Translations under genes and position numbers: made by a program | Notes under the pieces: model-generated | Databases searched by the model: none | What the model was told of the DNA's origin: nothing | The model's input: the letters and a program-made list of their open reading frames with translations, nothing else | Assembly: GCA_000146045.2 (NCBI GenBank) | Contig: BK006945.2 | Span: 1,014,178 to 1,078,177 of the forward strand | Direction: 5' to 3' | Origin: TPA_inf: Saccharomyces | Taxonomy: Eukaryota | Length of the DNA stretch: 64,000 nucleotides | Part shown: piece by piece, positions 40,893 through 53,045 of the stretch | Position numbering within the stretch: the first letter of the stretch is position 1 | Layout: the number at the start of each line of letters is the position of its first letter

Positions 40893-41507
40893 ATGAAACT
40901 CAATGAACAAATACCAAAAGACCTGTTACGCCTGATTAAAAGTTCCAAGTATGTTCATGTGGCGACATGCTCGTCAAATTGTATACCATCTGTTTCGTTG
41001 ATGCATTACATATTTGTTTCATCCGCGGAAACTTTCCATAAACATGAGTATAGTATAGAAATAGATTGTAATGACTATATTATATTCACAGTGTTCGAGA
41101 AATCAGTAACCTTTCGTAATGTCATGAGCAACCCAAACGTTGCATTGCTATTTCACGATTGGATCACAGCTAAAAATTTAACTCTTCGAAAAAAAAGCGT
41201 CCATAGTAAAGATGATTTTTCATTTGTTGAGTCAGAGTCTACAAAATTTAACAACTTTTTACGAGATTTGAACCAAAGTGAATTGAATCAAGTGAGCGCT
41301 ACTATCAATGGTATTGCTGATATTGTGAACCCTAATAGTGAAGAATCTACTTATTATAGGCGGTTGTTATTAACAGTCAATCCAGACGCAGATATTTTTA
41401 TACTAGGAGAAGATACAGCCATAATAAAGGTAAATATACAAAAAATAAAAGTCTCTGACATGGAAAATAATACTTCTACATACGGCCAAACAGTACAACC
41501 AGTTTAA
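40893..41507 (+). CDS. Uncharacterised 204-aa protein, pyridoxamine-5'-phosphate-oxidase-like (FMN-binding split barrel) family
   Basis: 204-aa ORF MKLNEQIPKDLLRLIKSSKYVHVATCSSNCIPSVSLMHYIF... Position matches YLR456W. Confidence 0.65.
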   Translation: MKLNEQIPKDLLRLIKSSKYVHVATCSSNCIPSVSLMHYIFVSSAETFHKHEYSIEIDCNDYIIFTVFEKSVTFRNVMSNPNVALLFHDWITAKNLTLRKKSVHSKDDFSFVESESTKFNNFLRDLNQSELNQVSATINGIADIVNPNSEESTYYRRLLLTVNPDADIFILGEDTAIIKVNIQKIKVSDMENNTSTYGQTVQPV

Positions 41508-41634
41508 CGGAAATATGATGAAAACTATGTGTACTCTAATTATTATATAAAGCATCTATAAAATGAATCATGAGGATTAGGCCGTGATCTTCGCGCTCCA
41601 TATATGGAGAATACTTTTAATTTCACAGGAGAAA

Positions 41635-42594
41635 TTAAGATAAATAACTTGAAAAGTCCACTGAGATTGGTGAAAGTGTTTCATCCTCTTTTTCAGTTTC
41701 CCTTGAACGATAGGGTGGAGTGGGACAGGCGGGAGATATGTTTTCCTGTAACGGCTGCATCTCTGGTATATTTCCATCCCGATTATATGTTTTCATGGGG
41801 CTGGAAGTGAATAATGAATTCGTTCTTCTTATTGGAGACGGGGAAAGATCAATTTTCAAGGGCTTAATCTCATCGTTTTCTCTAGCTAGATTAGACATGG
41901 TTCTCCTAGATTTGGTGTATGATGGATGAATGTTTGAAGAATCTAGTAAATCCTCCAAAATCCTGTACTTCTCATTTGAGTAATTCAATGCTTCTTGTAA
42001 TGATTGTAGCTTGCTTTCCAAGGCTTTTATTTTCTCATCTCTTTTCTTAATTTGCCGCTGTAGAAGAATTTCTCTATCTAAGTATAATGATTGATTTCTA
42101 TCTTTTCCACTCGACCCGTCAGAACTACCACTTCTTAGTTCACTGATCCGTTGCTTATTGTATTTCAACTCCGATATCTTTCTCTTAAAGGCATCACTCC
42201 TTAGGATCCTAGATTTGGCTGTATCTGTGTCCATATAAGAAGGTCTTCCCTGGGATCTCTTCTTCAAAATTCTAGTCATGTCGCCACAAACATTTTGCAT
42301 CTTGCTCATATTTTCATTATCATTGGAAAAAACATCTCTGATTGTCTGGAATATCTTTGTTAACCTTCGTTTGGGTGTTTTCCTCCTGTTAGTACGAATT
42401 TTTTCTTCAGTTTTCCTATCTGTCACCTTTCTAGGTCTTTTTAGAACGCTTTTACCCGTAGGACGCATCTGCTTTCTTCTGCTCCTTAAGGCAGATCGTT
42501 TTCTCACTTCATCAAGGGACCCGTATTCTCGTTTCCTGCCATCATCTCGTATTCCAAAAAAATCTTTCCACAGTCCCTGTACGGATTTTAGCAT
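41635..42594 (-). CDS. NBP1: Spindle pole body duplication / nuclear-envelope insertion protein (319 aa)
   Basis: 319-aa basic, coiled-coil-containing ORF MLKSVQGLWKDFFGIRDDGRKREYGSLDEVRKRSALRSRRKQMRPTGK... Matches NBP1/YLR457C. Confidence 0.8.
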   Translation of the reverse strand: MLKSVQGLWKDFFGIRDDGRKREYGSLDEVRKRSALRSRRKQMRPTGKSVLKRPRKVTDRKTEEKIRTNRRKTPKRRLTKIFQTIRDVFSNDNENMSKMQNVCGDMTRILKKRSQGRPSYMDTDTAKSRILRSDAFKRKISELKYNKQRISELRSGSSDGSSGKDRNQSLYLDREILLQRQIKKRDEKIKALESKLQSLQEALNYSNEKYRILEDLLDSSNIHPSYTKSRRTMSNLARENDEIKPLKIDLSPSPIRRTNSLFTSSPMKTYNRDGNIPEMQPLQENISPACPTPPYRSRETEKEDETLSPISVDFSSYLS

Positions 42595-43156
42595 ATTACC
42601 AATGTCTATTATTGTACCTTTCTCTTCAGAGTATCTACTTGTTCATGTTCAGCAATAATTTCATAATTGTTGATGCGCGCATCGTTTCTATACTATGACG
42701 CGTCACGAATTGTGCTAGAGTGGCCTCTAATGAAAGTATAAGAGGCGTTGGCGAAGGTCAAGGATAGACCATTGGCTGTTTCGGATGAGTTATTTTTAAA
42801 GTGTAAAGGTATAACATCAAATGAATGAAAATTAACATTGATCTCAGCTCTCAATTTCTTTCCTCATTTGTTTTCGATGTTTCTATATGAGTATACATTA
42901 AACAAGTAAATCTCAAGCTCTTGTCAAAACAGTTATTTCCAACATATCTATCTGCATTATTGGTAGCATAATTCTCAAAGGAAGCTAAAACATCCTTCTT
43001 AAAGACGTCTATTGGCAAACGATATGTTACGTATTCCGGGTAAAACAAATATTCCATTAAGTGAAATGACCTTTGTTTTCAAAACTAACCAGTTTTAGAA
43101 CAGTAATTCATATAAACAACGTGATCTTATATGAAAAACTCACCAAAAGGAGACCA

Positions 43157-44341
43157 ATGGATTCCACAGCACTTAAGGTAGCTCTAGGCTGTATTGCAAT
43201 TCGTTTGGCTGTGAACAGCCTTTTTCCCTCTCTACAACAACAACTGGACCAGTCTGTAGAATTCTCAACTCCCGTAACTTCATTTAGGTCACTACAGGAA
43301 GGTATATACCTACTGCGGAACAACATCCAAGTATATAATCATGGGGTTGTTCACCATCCTCCAATTTTGATTTTTTTTCTTTCCCTCTTTAATTCCGACA
43401 GGTTAATTTCCCTCATATACGCTTTAATTGATGGATTAATTGCGTATCAGCTGACAGAGGTAACAAAGGCTTTCAAAAACTTGAAACTGAAAGTTTGGCT
43501 ACCTGGACTTCTTTATGCCGTGAATCCTTTGACCCTTTTATCGTGCATTAGTCGGTCATCAATCATATTCACAAATTTTGCTATTTCATCGTCATTGTAT
43601 TGCATATTAGCTGAAGGAAACGTTCTTTTGTCCTCTGTTATGATTTCTATATCTGGATATTTGTCAGTATACCCTATTCTCCTCTTAATTCCGCTATTAG
43701 GTATGCTGAAAAGTTGGAGGCAAAGAATATTATCTGCCATTGTTTCCATACTATCTTTATTAATTCTGCTATTATTCAGCTACAGTATATTAGGCAGCCA
43801 AAGTTGGTCATTTTTGACACAGGTTTATGGATCTATTATAACCTTTGAGAAGGTTTTTCCAAATCTGGGTTTGTGGTGGTACTTCTTCATTGAAATGTTT
43901 GACACCTTCATACCGTTCTTCAAGGCTGTATTCAACATTTTTATTGCAGTATTCATTACACCATTTACTTTGCGCTATCATAAGCAGCCATTCTACGCAT
44001 TCATTTTATGCATTGGGTGGATTGTCCTTACAAAGCCATATCCCTCACTAGGTGACGCTGGTTTTTTCTTCAGCTTCCTACCTTTCTTCACGCCACTATT
44101 TGGATATTTAAGATACCCCATCATATCAGCATTACTGTTTTTACACGCAATTGTTTTGGCGCCAATTTTCTATCATCTTTGGGTTGTTTTAGGTTCAGGG
44201 AATAGTAATTTTTTCTATGCTATTTCCCTAGTTTATGCTCTGGCTATAGCATCTATATTAGTTGACTTGAACTGGGCGATGCTGAGAATTGAATACGATA
44301 ACGGTATCCCAAATTTCAAATTGAAGGTAACACAAATTTAA
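43157..44341 (+). CDS. GAB1: GPI transamidase complex subunit, polytopic membrane protein (394 aa from the MDSTALK start)
   Basis: Multi-TM ORF MDSTALKVALGCIAIRLAVNSLFPSLQQQLDQSVEFSTPVTSFRSLQEGIYLLRNN... The six-frame ORF opens 28 codons upstream, and a 394-aa product matches GAB1/YLR459W. Confidence 0.8.
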   Translation: MDSTALKVALGCIAIRLAVNSLFPSLQQQLDQSVEFSTPVTSFRSLQEGIYLLRNNIQVYNHGVVHHPPILIFFLSLFNSDRLISLIYALIDGLIAYQLTEVTKAFKNLKLKVWLPGLLYAVNPLTLLSCISRSSIIFTNFAISSSLYCILAEGNVLLSSVMISISGYLSVYPILLLIPLLGMLKSWRQRILSAIVSILSLLILLLFSYSILGSQSWSFLTQVYGSIITFEKVFPNLGLWWYFFIEMFDTFIPFFKAVFNIFIAVFITPFTLRYHKQPFYAFILCIGWIVLTKPYPSLGDAGFFFSFLPFFTPLFGYLRYPIISALLFLHAIVLAPIFYHLWVVLGSGNSNFFYAISLVYALAIASILVDLNWAMLRIEYDNGIPNFKLKVTQI

Positions 44342-45579
44342 CTACTTCCCGTCTATAAACGTACATAAACTAGAATAAAAAGAACCATACAGATGTTCAT
44401 CGTAAGAGTGGATAAAGCGAATATGAGAGCCATATTGGTTATTCCAGAGGCTATCTATTTTTTAAGAGAAACTGCTTGGTTAAAATTTGCATAATATTGT
44501 CTCGGAGAGAAAAGATAGAACTCAGAAGGACCTAATTAATCATGAGCGTTATAATACGAAGAATTGAGATAGAGTGTATGATCTGCGGATTAAGCTCCTA
44601 CATAATAACAACATTGTACTTGGGACTATGCCAATTTCTTTCCCACCAAAAGTCGTATGAAAAAGGTTATCTTCGCTAGGGCTTCCATTAGGTGAAAGCC
44701 AATATATTATCATAGAATAGCACGGCATAAATATATATTTTGTGCTGTCTTTTTGGGAAGGGTAGTTTGACAACCCATGTACATTAACATAAAAAGAGCT
44801 TTATCATTAACGGACGAAGAAAGAATGTGTATCGCGTATTTTTAGACTATCGATAATCTTTTTTAAAGTTATGGTAGATAGAAGATGGAATCAGTTACGA
44901 AGTGATGAGTTCCCATACATTCCAGCCTGTTTACATTAGCTAATTTAAAAAAAAAAAACATAATTAGAATATTACGTGATGACTCAGTTTAAACGGTACT
45001 CTGTAACACATCATTTCTATTTGTTGTTCTAAAACAGGTTCTACATATTTGGATCTGCTGTGAGAATGACCTAAAAGGTAAAACTCTCTTTGTAATAATC
45101 CAAGGAAAGTGGGAGTTCCTTGGGGAAGCTCTATTGCAATATATTGTAGTTTCCATTCAGCCTGCTTATCGCCTTAGGAAAAAGGAATGTAAGAGGCAGA
45201 AAAGTGCGGCGCAATCGTTCGGACAGCGAGCCGCCATTATAGGTAAGAATACTTAAAGAGCTTCGCCGGATATTATTACAGTGTATTAAATTTCGCCAAG
45301 TCTTTGCCAATGGAAATGGGTGCATAAATTTATGTGCTTGGTACATATGAGTTCAATAGATATGTAGTAGTTGGATAGTAGATAGTTAGGATATATAATC
45401 ATGGAAGGGTTACTCACAACGAATCACATAATGAGTTATGATTTTCACTGTGCTCATCTGTTGCCCCTACAAGGGGTGATCAATAACAAACAATTTCATT
45501 AAAAAAAAAAAAAAAACTAAGTCACTATAACTAAACGTAATAACTATGTATATGAAAGAAAATAATATCTGTTCGTCAT

Positions 45580-46710
45580 CTAGTTTAATACGGCAACGAG
45601 TTTTTCACCAGAGTTCTTACCATATTTGATGTCTTTTAGGATATGAGGAACATCACAAAGCCCGTTCTTATAGACCCTTACTGGAATATGGCGAATTTGT
45701 CCATCATTAATCTTTGGATTGATGAATTTGATAAATTTTATTGCAGCTTTCCTAGCTTCTGAGTCGGCTGGTAAAGTAATGTTTCCAAATGGTACTTCAT
45801 GGCCACCTATTGAATATAGCCTTATTATGTCAATAGTAACGTTTTGTCTCCTGTTCTCTTTTTTGACGTTTTCTTCTGTCAAATTTTTTAATTCAACAAT
45901 TGTAGCATCCTGTTTATCGGCCGCACATTTGTACACTTGTTGAAGCGTATCTTGATTCGCGACACAGTCGACTAAATACGAGATATTGTTGTACTTGTGT
46001 TTAATTTGTTCTACCACGTCAATATCATGATAATCAAATAATTCATCAGCACCATATTCTTTCAAAAGTTTTTCGTGCTTCCGAGAAGCCACAACAATGA
46101 TCTTGGTGAAGCCATTCAATTTATTGGCTAATTGGATGAGCGACTGACCTACTGCAGTTGCACCGCCCCATAATAAGATGGGGCCTTTTCTTTGTGGGGT
46201 TGATGGCTCCCACTTCAGGTCCAAGCCCAAGTTATAGGTCAACACCAAGCCGGCTGTGGTCAGTGACACTGGGATAGTGGCTACACCTTCCAAAGACCTG
46301 ACAGGGCCGGCAGGTAGAACATCCTCACCCAAAAATTTGAGTTCATTGGGTGATTTGTAGGCAACCACAGTTGAAATAGCAGAATATTCAGCAAAAGCAC
46401 CATTGGAAGGAAACCTTACGGAAGATCCGTGAATGAACCCATAAATATAATCACCGATAGAAAAGTCTTTAGGATTGACAGCTGGGCCCAATTTGACAAT
46501 TTGGCCAGCAGCATCACATCCCAGAATAGATCCTTGAGGCCCGATCTTGTAGTCAATGTGTGCCCAATCAGTGGGGTTACCAGCAACAGCGAGTGTCTTA
46601 ATCAATACGAATCCTTCTTCCAATTCAGGAATGGGAATGCCCTCTTTAACAACCGCTTTACCGTCTTCAATGACGACAGCCTTCATGGTTTCTGGAATTG
46701 CAACTTGCAT
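45580..46710 (-). CDS. Medium-chain dehydrogenase/reductase, quinone-oxidoreductase-like (376 aa)
   Basis: 376-aa ORF with an MDR fold, including a Rossmann GGATAVGQSLIQLA motif. Position matches YLR460C. Confidence 0.75.
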   Translation of the reverse strand: MQVAIPETMKAVVIEDGKAVVKEGIPIPELEEGFVLIKTLAVAGNPTDWAHIDYKIGPQGSILGCDAAGQIVKLGPAVNPKDFSIGDYIYGFIHGSSVRFPSNGAFAEYSAISTVVAYKSPNELKFLGEDVLPAGPVRSLEGVATIPVSLTTAGLVLTYNLGLDLKWEPSTPQRKGPILLWGGATAVGQSLIQLANKLNGFTKIIVVASRKHEKLLKEYGADELFDYHDIDVVEQIKHKYNNISYLVDCVANQDTLQQVYKCAADKQDATIVELKNLTEENVKKENRRQNVTIDIIRLYSIGGHEVPFGNITLPADSEARKAAIKFIKFINPKINDGQIRHIPVRVYKNGLCDVPHILKDIKYGKNSGEKLVAVLN

Positions 46711-48741
46711 GTTTGTAGGTTATCTGTAATTGTCGTTGATAATCTGTATTCAGCTTGCCATTTTATAGAATATGGTTAGAAAGATCTTAAGCTAGATAAA
46801 GAAAAAGAAAAAAATAGAAAAAAGCCTGCCCGCTTTATAAGAACTTTTCTCAATATCTGTTGAGGAACACTTAGTAATATCGTCTATCATGGTTGCTTTA
46901 TTCTTAGTGATATTACTCTCTGGGATTCGATGTGTTCTCATCATCTGAAGGGTTTTCTATGTGTTGAAAGCCTATCCCACTAGACGGAGCCGCGCGTCAG
47001 CCGGGCGGATCCGAGACATCTTAGTCAGCTGAGACAAGAAAGGCACAGCTCTCGGACAGGAACTGCTGTCATATGAAAACCTAAAAATGTTTCCTGGAAA
47101 TTCCATGACTGCGCAAAGTTTGATACGTTTATTGTTCTTCTCCACTACCGCACTTTCTATCTCGGAAACCTTTCAACTAAATGAACTATTGTTAATTGTA
47201 TGGCGTGTGGCCTTTCTATTTCAGAAAATTTAGAGTAAAGTAAACTCCGTCGGACTAGTATAGTAATGAAACAAGCCATTGACTCTGCAGCATATTGCGA
47301 CCAAAACCTGGAAATTGGTGGCTATGAGTTTTAATTTATAATTATATGAAAACAAAGCTTGGAATGCTGAGTACTTTTTCTTCAATGCTGCTCACTGCCC
47401 AGAAGCGTTCAGAACAACTCTACTGGAGCCATTCTGCTTGAAGGAGGATAAAAATGCCAAGATCAAGTCTTTTAAAGATTCTATCCCTTTTCATCGAAGA
47501 AGCACTACAAGTTTATTTTACAGAAGTTGACAAACTGTGGAACTTGATCCATACTGAATAAGTATGGAAAACTGTTAACTTAGAGGATGCTCTGCTTTCT
47601 AAAGAAGTTTCACAGCTTTAGACTCACATGGGTTCTCATGAGTATTGCTAGCTAGTGCGAGTTTGATCTATACTTCACAGACTTTTAACACCCCGTTCCT
47701 TAAGTTTTCCCTGATTATCAAGGGTATTTCCAATTCTTACTCCCCACTATCGCTCCTTTCTTATCTGAATTGTATTTTTGAGTGGCCTAATTGTAATCTT
47801 TTATTTTGTTTTCTAATTATTGAAGGCGGTTTCTCGAAGCATTTCACGATTTCCAAAATTCAAGAATTGAAATTATGAACATAGAAGACAAAATACTTTT
47901 TTTATCAACTATTAATACACCTTTCCTAGAGAACATTTTTAAAATAAAATAAAATAAAGTAGCGCTCTCTACTACCCTTACACTTTTCTCCTTCATATCT
48001 GGCTAGAAAAGAGGGATTACATCTCGGAATCAAATATTTCCCTCTGTGCAAAGTTTTAATACTGCTACTACGAACTGGTTACAATTTTATTTTTATCATA
48101 CACGATACTTTGAACATCAACTTCTCTCAATACCATCCGCCTTCAGCGGCTACAATTACGTAATTGCACCAAGGCATTCGCCGAGAGTTCACAAATTGCA
48201 GACCCTAACAGTATACGACTCCCAACACACGTTTAATGTTGTACGAATTCAAGAGATAGAAATGCTTCTTCCGCGGAAGCCGTTTAAAGCACTGAAATTA
48301 GGCTTAGACAATAGACTTCTGTACGAGGGTCCAAATCTAAAATTCAGATATTCTTTTTGACCGAAAACGGAAATCACAGGCGCGCAAAAGGGTTTTTCAA
48401 GGTACCCCGGCATCCCTATAATAGGCATTCCCACATTCTGCGCATACGAATACACATGAGTGCCATAAAACAATACTCCACATACGAAGTCTATGAAAGA
48501 TGTATGATTCGTTCAGAAACAAGAGCATTTCCATACTGATAATGAGATTGTGTGAAAGATGAGATATGGAGGATATGTGAGGTGCTAAATGAGCGTCTGT
48601 TAACGAATCGTTTAAATAGTGATGACTGATGAAGGCATGGGTATAAATAGAGCTGCTTCAACTGTATGCCTTTGAGAATATGTCTTTATTCCTTTCTTTC
48701 CTGTTAAGCTTATATCAGCACTAACAAACAAAACAAATACA

Positions 48742-49104
48742 ATGGTCAAATTAACTTCAATCGCCGCTGGTGTCGCTGCCATCGCTGCTACTGCTTCCGC
48801 AACCACCACTATAGCTCAATCTGACGAAAGAGTCAACTTGGTTGAATTGGGTGTCTACGTCTCTGATATCAGAGCTCACTTGGCCCAATACTACATGTTC
48901 CAAGCCGCCCACCCAACTGAAACCTACCCAGTTGAAGTTGCTGAAGCCGTTTTCAACTACGGTGACTTCACCACCATGTTGACTGGTATTGCCCCAGACC
49001 AAGTGACCAGAATGATCACCGGTGTTCCATGGTACTCCAGCAGATTAAAGCCAGCTATCTCCAAGGCTCTATCCAAAGATGGTATCTACACTATCGCAAA
49101 CTAG
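48742..49104 (+). CDS. PAU4: Seripauperin (PAU family), 120 aa with a signal peptide
   Basis: [120 protein letters not shown] is the conserved PAU sequence. Its subtelomeric position on chrXII-R corresponds to PAU4/YLR461W. Confidence 0.9.
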   Translation: MVKLTSIAAGVAAIAATASATTTIAQSDERVNLVELGVYVSDIRAHLAQYYMFQAAHPTETYPVEVAEAVFNYGDFTTMLTGIAPDQVTRMITGVPWYSSRLKPAISKALSKDGIYTIAN

Positions 49105-50039
49105 GGACGAGTGCCTCTACGAATGAAAATTCATAGACAGTAAAAAGTAATGAAAAATAAAATAAAAACTACTTTTTTTTGATGATATAAATACCGTAGA
49201 TTATATAAATGTATATTAATATTATAAACCTATTTGATCAATGACAGTGTTCGTGAAGCATTTTATGAATACGATAAACATAAAAAGAAACTTTTACACT
49301 ATTCTAGAAAAAGGGTGGATGGTAATAAAGCTAATAGAGTATGTCCAATAAACAATAATGAAATTGGAAGCGCATGACTTCTCAGCACTTTGTCTTTCCA
49401 TAAAAATGAGTCGCTGCTTCTTTTTTCATTTTTTGGCGCGTCGCGTCGGGCCGTATAGAATATGCGTCACTTCTAAGAACAAGATTGCAGATCAGGGCAG
49501 TGCGAGTTACGGAGTCATGGTATCAAACTCTCATTTAGAGACCCTCATTTTTTGACACTGAAAATATCAAAATTTCTGGGTTGCGATAGTTTTTGTGTAA
49601 CCGTAACCAGAAATAAAGCTGAAGGGTTAGTGTTCTATCAACAATAAGATAGAGGGTGGTAAGATGAAGTGAGACAATATCGTAACGTCCGTTTCAGTAT
49701 ACGCCGCTGATAAGTTATATTACCGTAAAATTATTTGACATTTCGTTATAGATCCTATTAAATAACGTACCTATCACAGTATCGTCTTGTTCAGATATAG
49801 TCTCTTCGTATGAGTAGTGTCACATACAAGATTAAAGATGCATCAGTTATGCTTTTAGGATATTGCGGATAGCATATGGGAATGGAAATAGGATACAATT
49901 TTATCATAGCACCCGCATGAGTGTCAACACAGTACCATATTATAGCACAGTGAATGGAGAGTGTTACGACAGTGAGGTAGCATATTATTCTAATGTATGG
50001 TCTGCATAAGTACGAAATATTCTGAAATGGCATCCGTTC

Positions 50040-50510
50040 AAGCAAACTGCAATATTAAGGAACTTTTACGTTAATGACGTCATGGTAGTGTTCATACTCC
50101 AAGTCAATATGTTTTTGTATTATTGTTGAAGAATAGAATATTTTTATGTTTAGGTGATTTTAGTGGTGATTTTTCTGTAATATTGGCATAAGTGTATTTA
50201 AATTGAGTGGTTAGTATATGGTGCAAAAGTAATATAACGTATGTATTAAGAGCATTTTTACAATATTCGAGGCCACTGAATGAGATATAGATATTAAAAT
50301 GTGGATAATCATGGGATTTATGGGTAAATGGCACAGAGTATAGACCGCTGAGGCAAGTGCCGTGCATAATGATGTGAGTGCATTTGGCACTGATTTAGTG
50401 AGAGATGGGCCATGGAGTGGAGTGGAATATGAGAGTAGGGTAAGTTGAGATGGTATATACTGTAGTATCCGTGTGCGTATGACATATCAGTATACAAGTG
50501 AAGGTGAGTG
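50040..50510. repeat. Core X subtelomeric element (approximate boundaries)
   Basis: Contains the conserved core-X block ...ATATTTTTATGTTTAGGTGATTTTAGTGGTGATTTTTCTGTAATATTGGCATAAGTGTATTTAAATTGAGTGGTTAGTATATGGTG..., with the ACS in it. It lies immediately centromere-proximal to the TTAGGG-containing STR repeats. Boundaries are estimated from memory of core-X alignments. Confidence 0.6.
50142..50152 (+). promoter_or_regulatory. ARS consensus sequence (TTTTATGTTTA) of the core X element
   Basis: An exact 11/11 match to WTTTAYRTTTW, lying inside the conserved core-X sequence block. Confidence 0.75.
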
Positions 50511-50851
50511 TGGCAAGTGGTGGTGATGGTATAGAGTGATAGGGTAAGTATATGTGTATTGTTTACGATCATTTGTTAACGTTTCAATATGGTGGGTAGA
50601 ACAACAGTATGGTGAGTAGTAGATGGGAGATGGTAGAGGAATGGCAGGGTAAGTGGTGGCGGAGTTGGATATGGGTAATTGGAGGGTAACGGTTATGGTG
50701 GACGGTGGGTTGGTGGTAGGAAGTAGAGAGGTGGATGGTAGTTGGGAGTGGTATAGTTGAATGAGACAGGGTAACGAGTGGGGAGTAGGGTAATGGAGGG
50801 TAAGTTGAGAGACAGGTTGATCAGGGTTAGAGTAGGGTAGTGTTAGGGTTA
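50511..50851. repeat. Subtelomeric repeats (STR, X combinatorial repeats) with Tbf1-type TTAGGG / TAGGGTA motifs
   Basis: G-rich degenerate repeats (GGTGAGTG, GGTGGTGATGG, GAGTAGGGTAAG, GTTAGGGTTAGG at 50841-50852) lie between core X and the TG1-3 tract. Confidence 0.65.
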
Positions 50852-50979
50852 GGTGTGTGTGTGTGTGTGGGTGTGGTGTGTGGGTGTGTGGGTGTGGTGT
50901 GGTGTGTGTGTGTGTGGTGTGTGGGTGTGGTGGGTGTGGTGTGGGTGTGGGTGTGGGTGTGGGTGTGGGTGTGGTGTGT
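50852..50979 (+). repeat. Interstitial telomeric TG1-3 tract (~128 bp) at the X to Y' junction
   Basis: An uninterrupted (TG)n / TGGG / TGGTG irregular run characteristic of yeast telomerase-added repeats. Unique-looking X-side sequence lies on one flank and Y' sequence on the other. Confidence 0.9.
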
Positions 50980-51778
50980 ATATCTATGTCACCTTATTGC
51001 ATGCTGGATGGTGTTAGACAAGGCCGTAGGGACATATAGCATCTAGGAAGTAACCTTGTACGAAAATAGGCAATATTTCCTGTTTGACGCAGATTTTAGC
51101 CCAAAGATCTAGCGTCAAGGAATTTTTTTATAGTGGGACATTGCAAACCAAGGAAGTAACTTGATACGTCGTTGGTGAATGGGTCTGTTTTCTTATTCGG
51201 CGGGGTAATACATTTTTGGGGGAAGTTTGTCTGTCTGACGCGCCATATGTAGGTACGCCAAAAAGGGCTCCTCTACTTCGAAGCGCGAGGTCGTATACCT
51301 AATAAGGAAATGTAATTTATAACTTTTTATTATATTGGTCTTTTCGAGAGCGGAACGTAGGTCCATGTTTAAAGTATCCAAGAGAATATCCACGAAGCGG
51401 CTGAGCAACGAACAGAATCCTGGTTCTCCTCGACTAAGCAGATAGTTAAGATACTGTGCACCATGGAAATTGAAAACGAAAGTACGTACCGACTACTTTA
51501 TTTTTGCAGGCCGGAAATCAAGCGATGAATGAGACATCCTTCTGTTTTCTATGTTGTGCTTGAAGGGGACAGACAGTCGCTTATCTTAGTGAGATTTTGT
51601 TTGCTTTTGCTGCACCTGCATAGCGCAGATTCTGCATCTTCTCAATAGCTTAATTATTACATTCTTAGATGATGATAAGACGAAAACTGGACAATCTTTT
51701 GTTTATATTGATGGATTTCTTGTCAAAAAGCATAAAAATCAACATACTATTGTTAATTTCGAAACTTACAAAAATAAA

Positions 51779-52387
51779 ATGAAAGTTTCCGATAGGCGTA
51801 AGTTTGAAAAAGCAAACTTTGACGAGTTTGAGTCGGCTCTAAATAACAAAAACGACTTGGTACATTGTCCCTCAATAACTTTATTTGAATCGATCCCCAC
51901 GGAAGTGCGGTCATTCTACGAAGACGAAAAGTCTGGCCTAATCAAAGTGGTAAAATTCAGAACTGGTGCAATGGATAGGAAAAGGTCTTTTGAAAAAGTT
52001 GTCATTTCCGTCATGGTCGGGAAAAATGTAAAAAAGTTCCTGACGTTTGTTGAAGACGAACCAGATTTCCAGGGCGGACCAATCCCTTCAAAGTATCTTG
52101 TTCCCAAGAAAATCAACTTGATGGTCTACACGTTGTTTCAAGTGCATACTTTGAAATTCAATAGAAAGGATTACGATACCCTTTCTCTTTTTTACCTCAA
52201 CAGAGGATACTATAATGAGTTGAGTTTCCGTGTCCTGGAACGTTGTCACGAAATAGCGAGTGCTAGGCCGAACGACAGCTCTACGATGCGTACTTTCACT
52301 GACTTTGTTTCCGGCGCACCTATTGTAAGGAGTCTTCAGAAAAGCACCATAAGGAAATATGGGTACAATTTGGCAGCCTACACGTAG
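51779..52387 (+). CDS. Y' ORF fragment 1 (202 aa, N-terminal part of the Y' helicase protein)
   Basis: Identical to residues 1-~195 of the intact copy-2 ORF, then terminates (…NLAAYT*) because 16-nt and 17→1-nt indels are missing relative to copy 2. Corresponds to the YLR462W pattern. Confidence 0.7.
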   Translation: MKVSDRRKFEKANFDEFESALNNKNDLVHCPSITLFESIPTEVRSFYEDEKSGLIKVVKFRTGAMDRKRSFEKVVISVMVGKNVKKFLTFVEDEPDFQGGPIPSKYLVPKKINLMVYTLFQVHTLKFNRKDYDTLSLFYLNRGYYNELSFRVLERCHEIASARPNDSSTMRTFTDFVSGAPIVRSLQKSTIRKYGYNLAAYT

Positions 52388-52394
52388 ATGAGCT

Positions 52395-53045
52395 ATGCAA
52401 GCAAGTTTACCTGGCGAAAAGAAAGTCGACACAGAGCGGCTGAAGCGTGATCTATGCCCACGTAAACCCATTGAGATAAAGTACTTTTCACAGATATGTA
52501 ACGATATGATGAACAAAAAGGACCGATTGGGTGATATTTTGCATATTATCTTGCGAGCATGTGCACTCAATTTCGGGGCGGGTCCCCGTGGTGGCGCTGG
52601 TGACGAAGAGGATCGATCTATTACGAATGAAGAACCCATTATTCCCTCTGTGGACGAGCATGGCCTGAAAGTATGTAAGTTGCGCAGTCCTAACACTCCA
52701 CGAAGACTCAGAAAAACACTAGATGCCGTGAAAGCTTTATTGGTGTCGTCTTGTGCTTGTACCGCAAGGGATTTAGATATATTTGATGACAACAACGGCG
52801 TTGCAATGTGGAAATGGATCAAAATTCTGTACCACGAAGTAGCGCAGGAAACCACGCTGAAGGACTCTTATAGAATAACTTTGGTACCTTCTTCTGATGG
52901 TATATCAGTATGTGGAAAACTTTGGGGAGAGTTGAACAACTGCTTCCATATGCCAGCCTCATTTTGCGTAATCGAGAAGTTTTGTTCAGAGAACCGAAGC
53001 GAGGAATTGACGAGTATCTGGAAAACGATTCTTTTTTTCAAATGA
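52395..53045 (+). CDS. Y' ORF fragment 2 (216 aa)
   Basis: Continues the copy-2 protein sequence ([19 protein letters not shown]...) in a different frame. It ends after a 60-nt plus 19-nt difference relative to copy 2. Corresponds to the YLR464W pattern. Confidence 0.65.

Noticed and set aside
42278-42658. 126-aa plus-strand ORF antisense to NBP1
   Set aside because: It lies completely inside the NBP1 coding region on the opposite strand, and its composition is low-complexity and Leu/Phe-rich, typical of antisense reading frames. It follows the dubious YLR458W pattern.
52088-52855. 255-aa minus-strand ORF (and its 169-aa counterpart at 58930-59439) inside the Y' element
   Set aside because: It is antisense to the Y' helicase coding sequence and is repeated in both Y' copies only because the whole element is duplicated. 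There is no independent evidence of coding.
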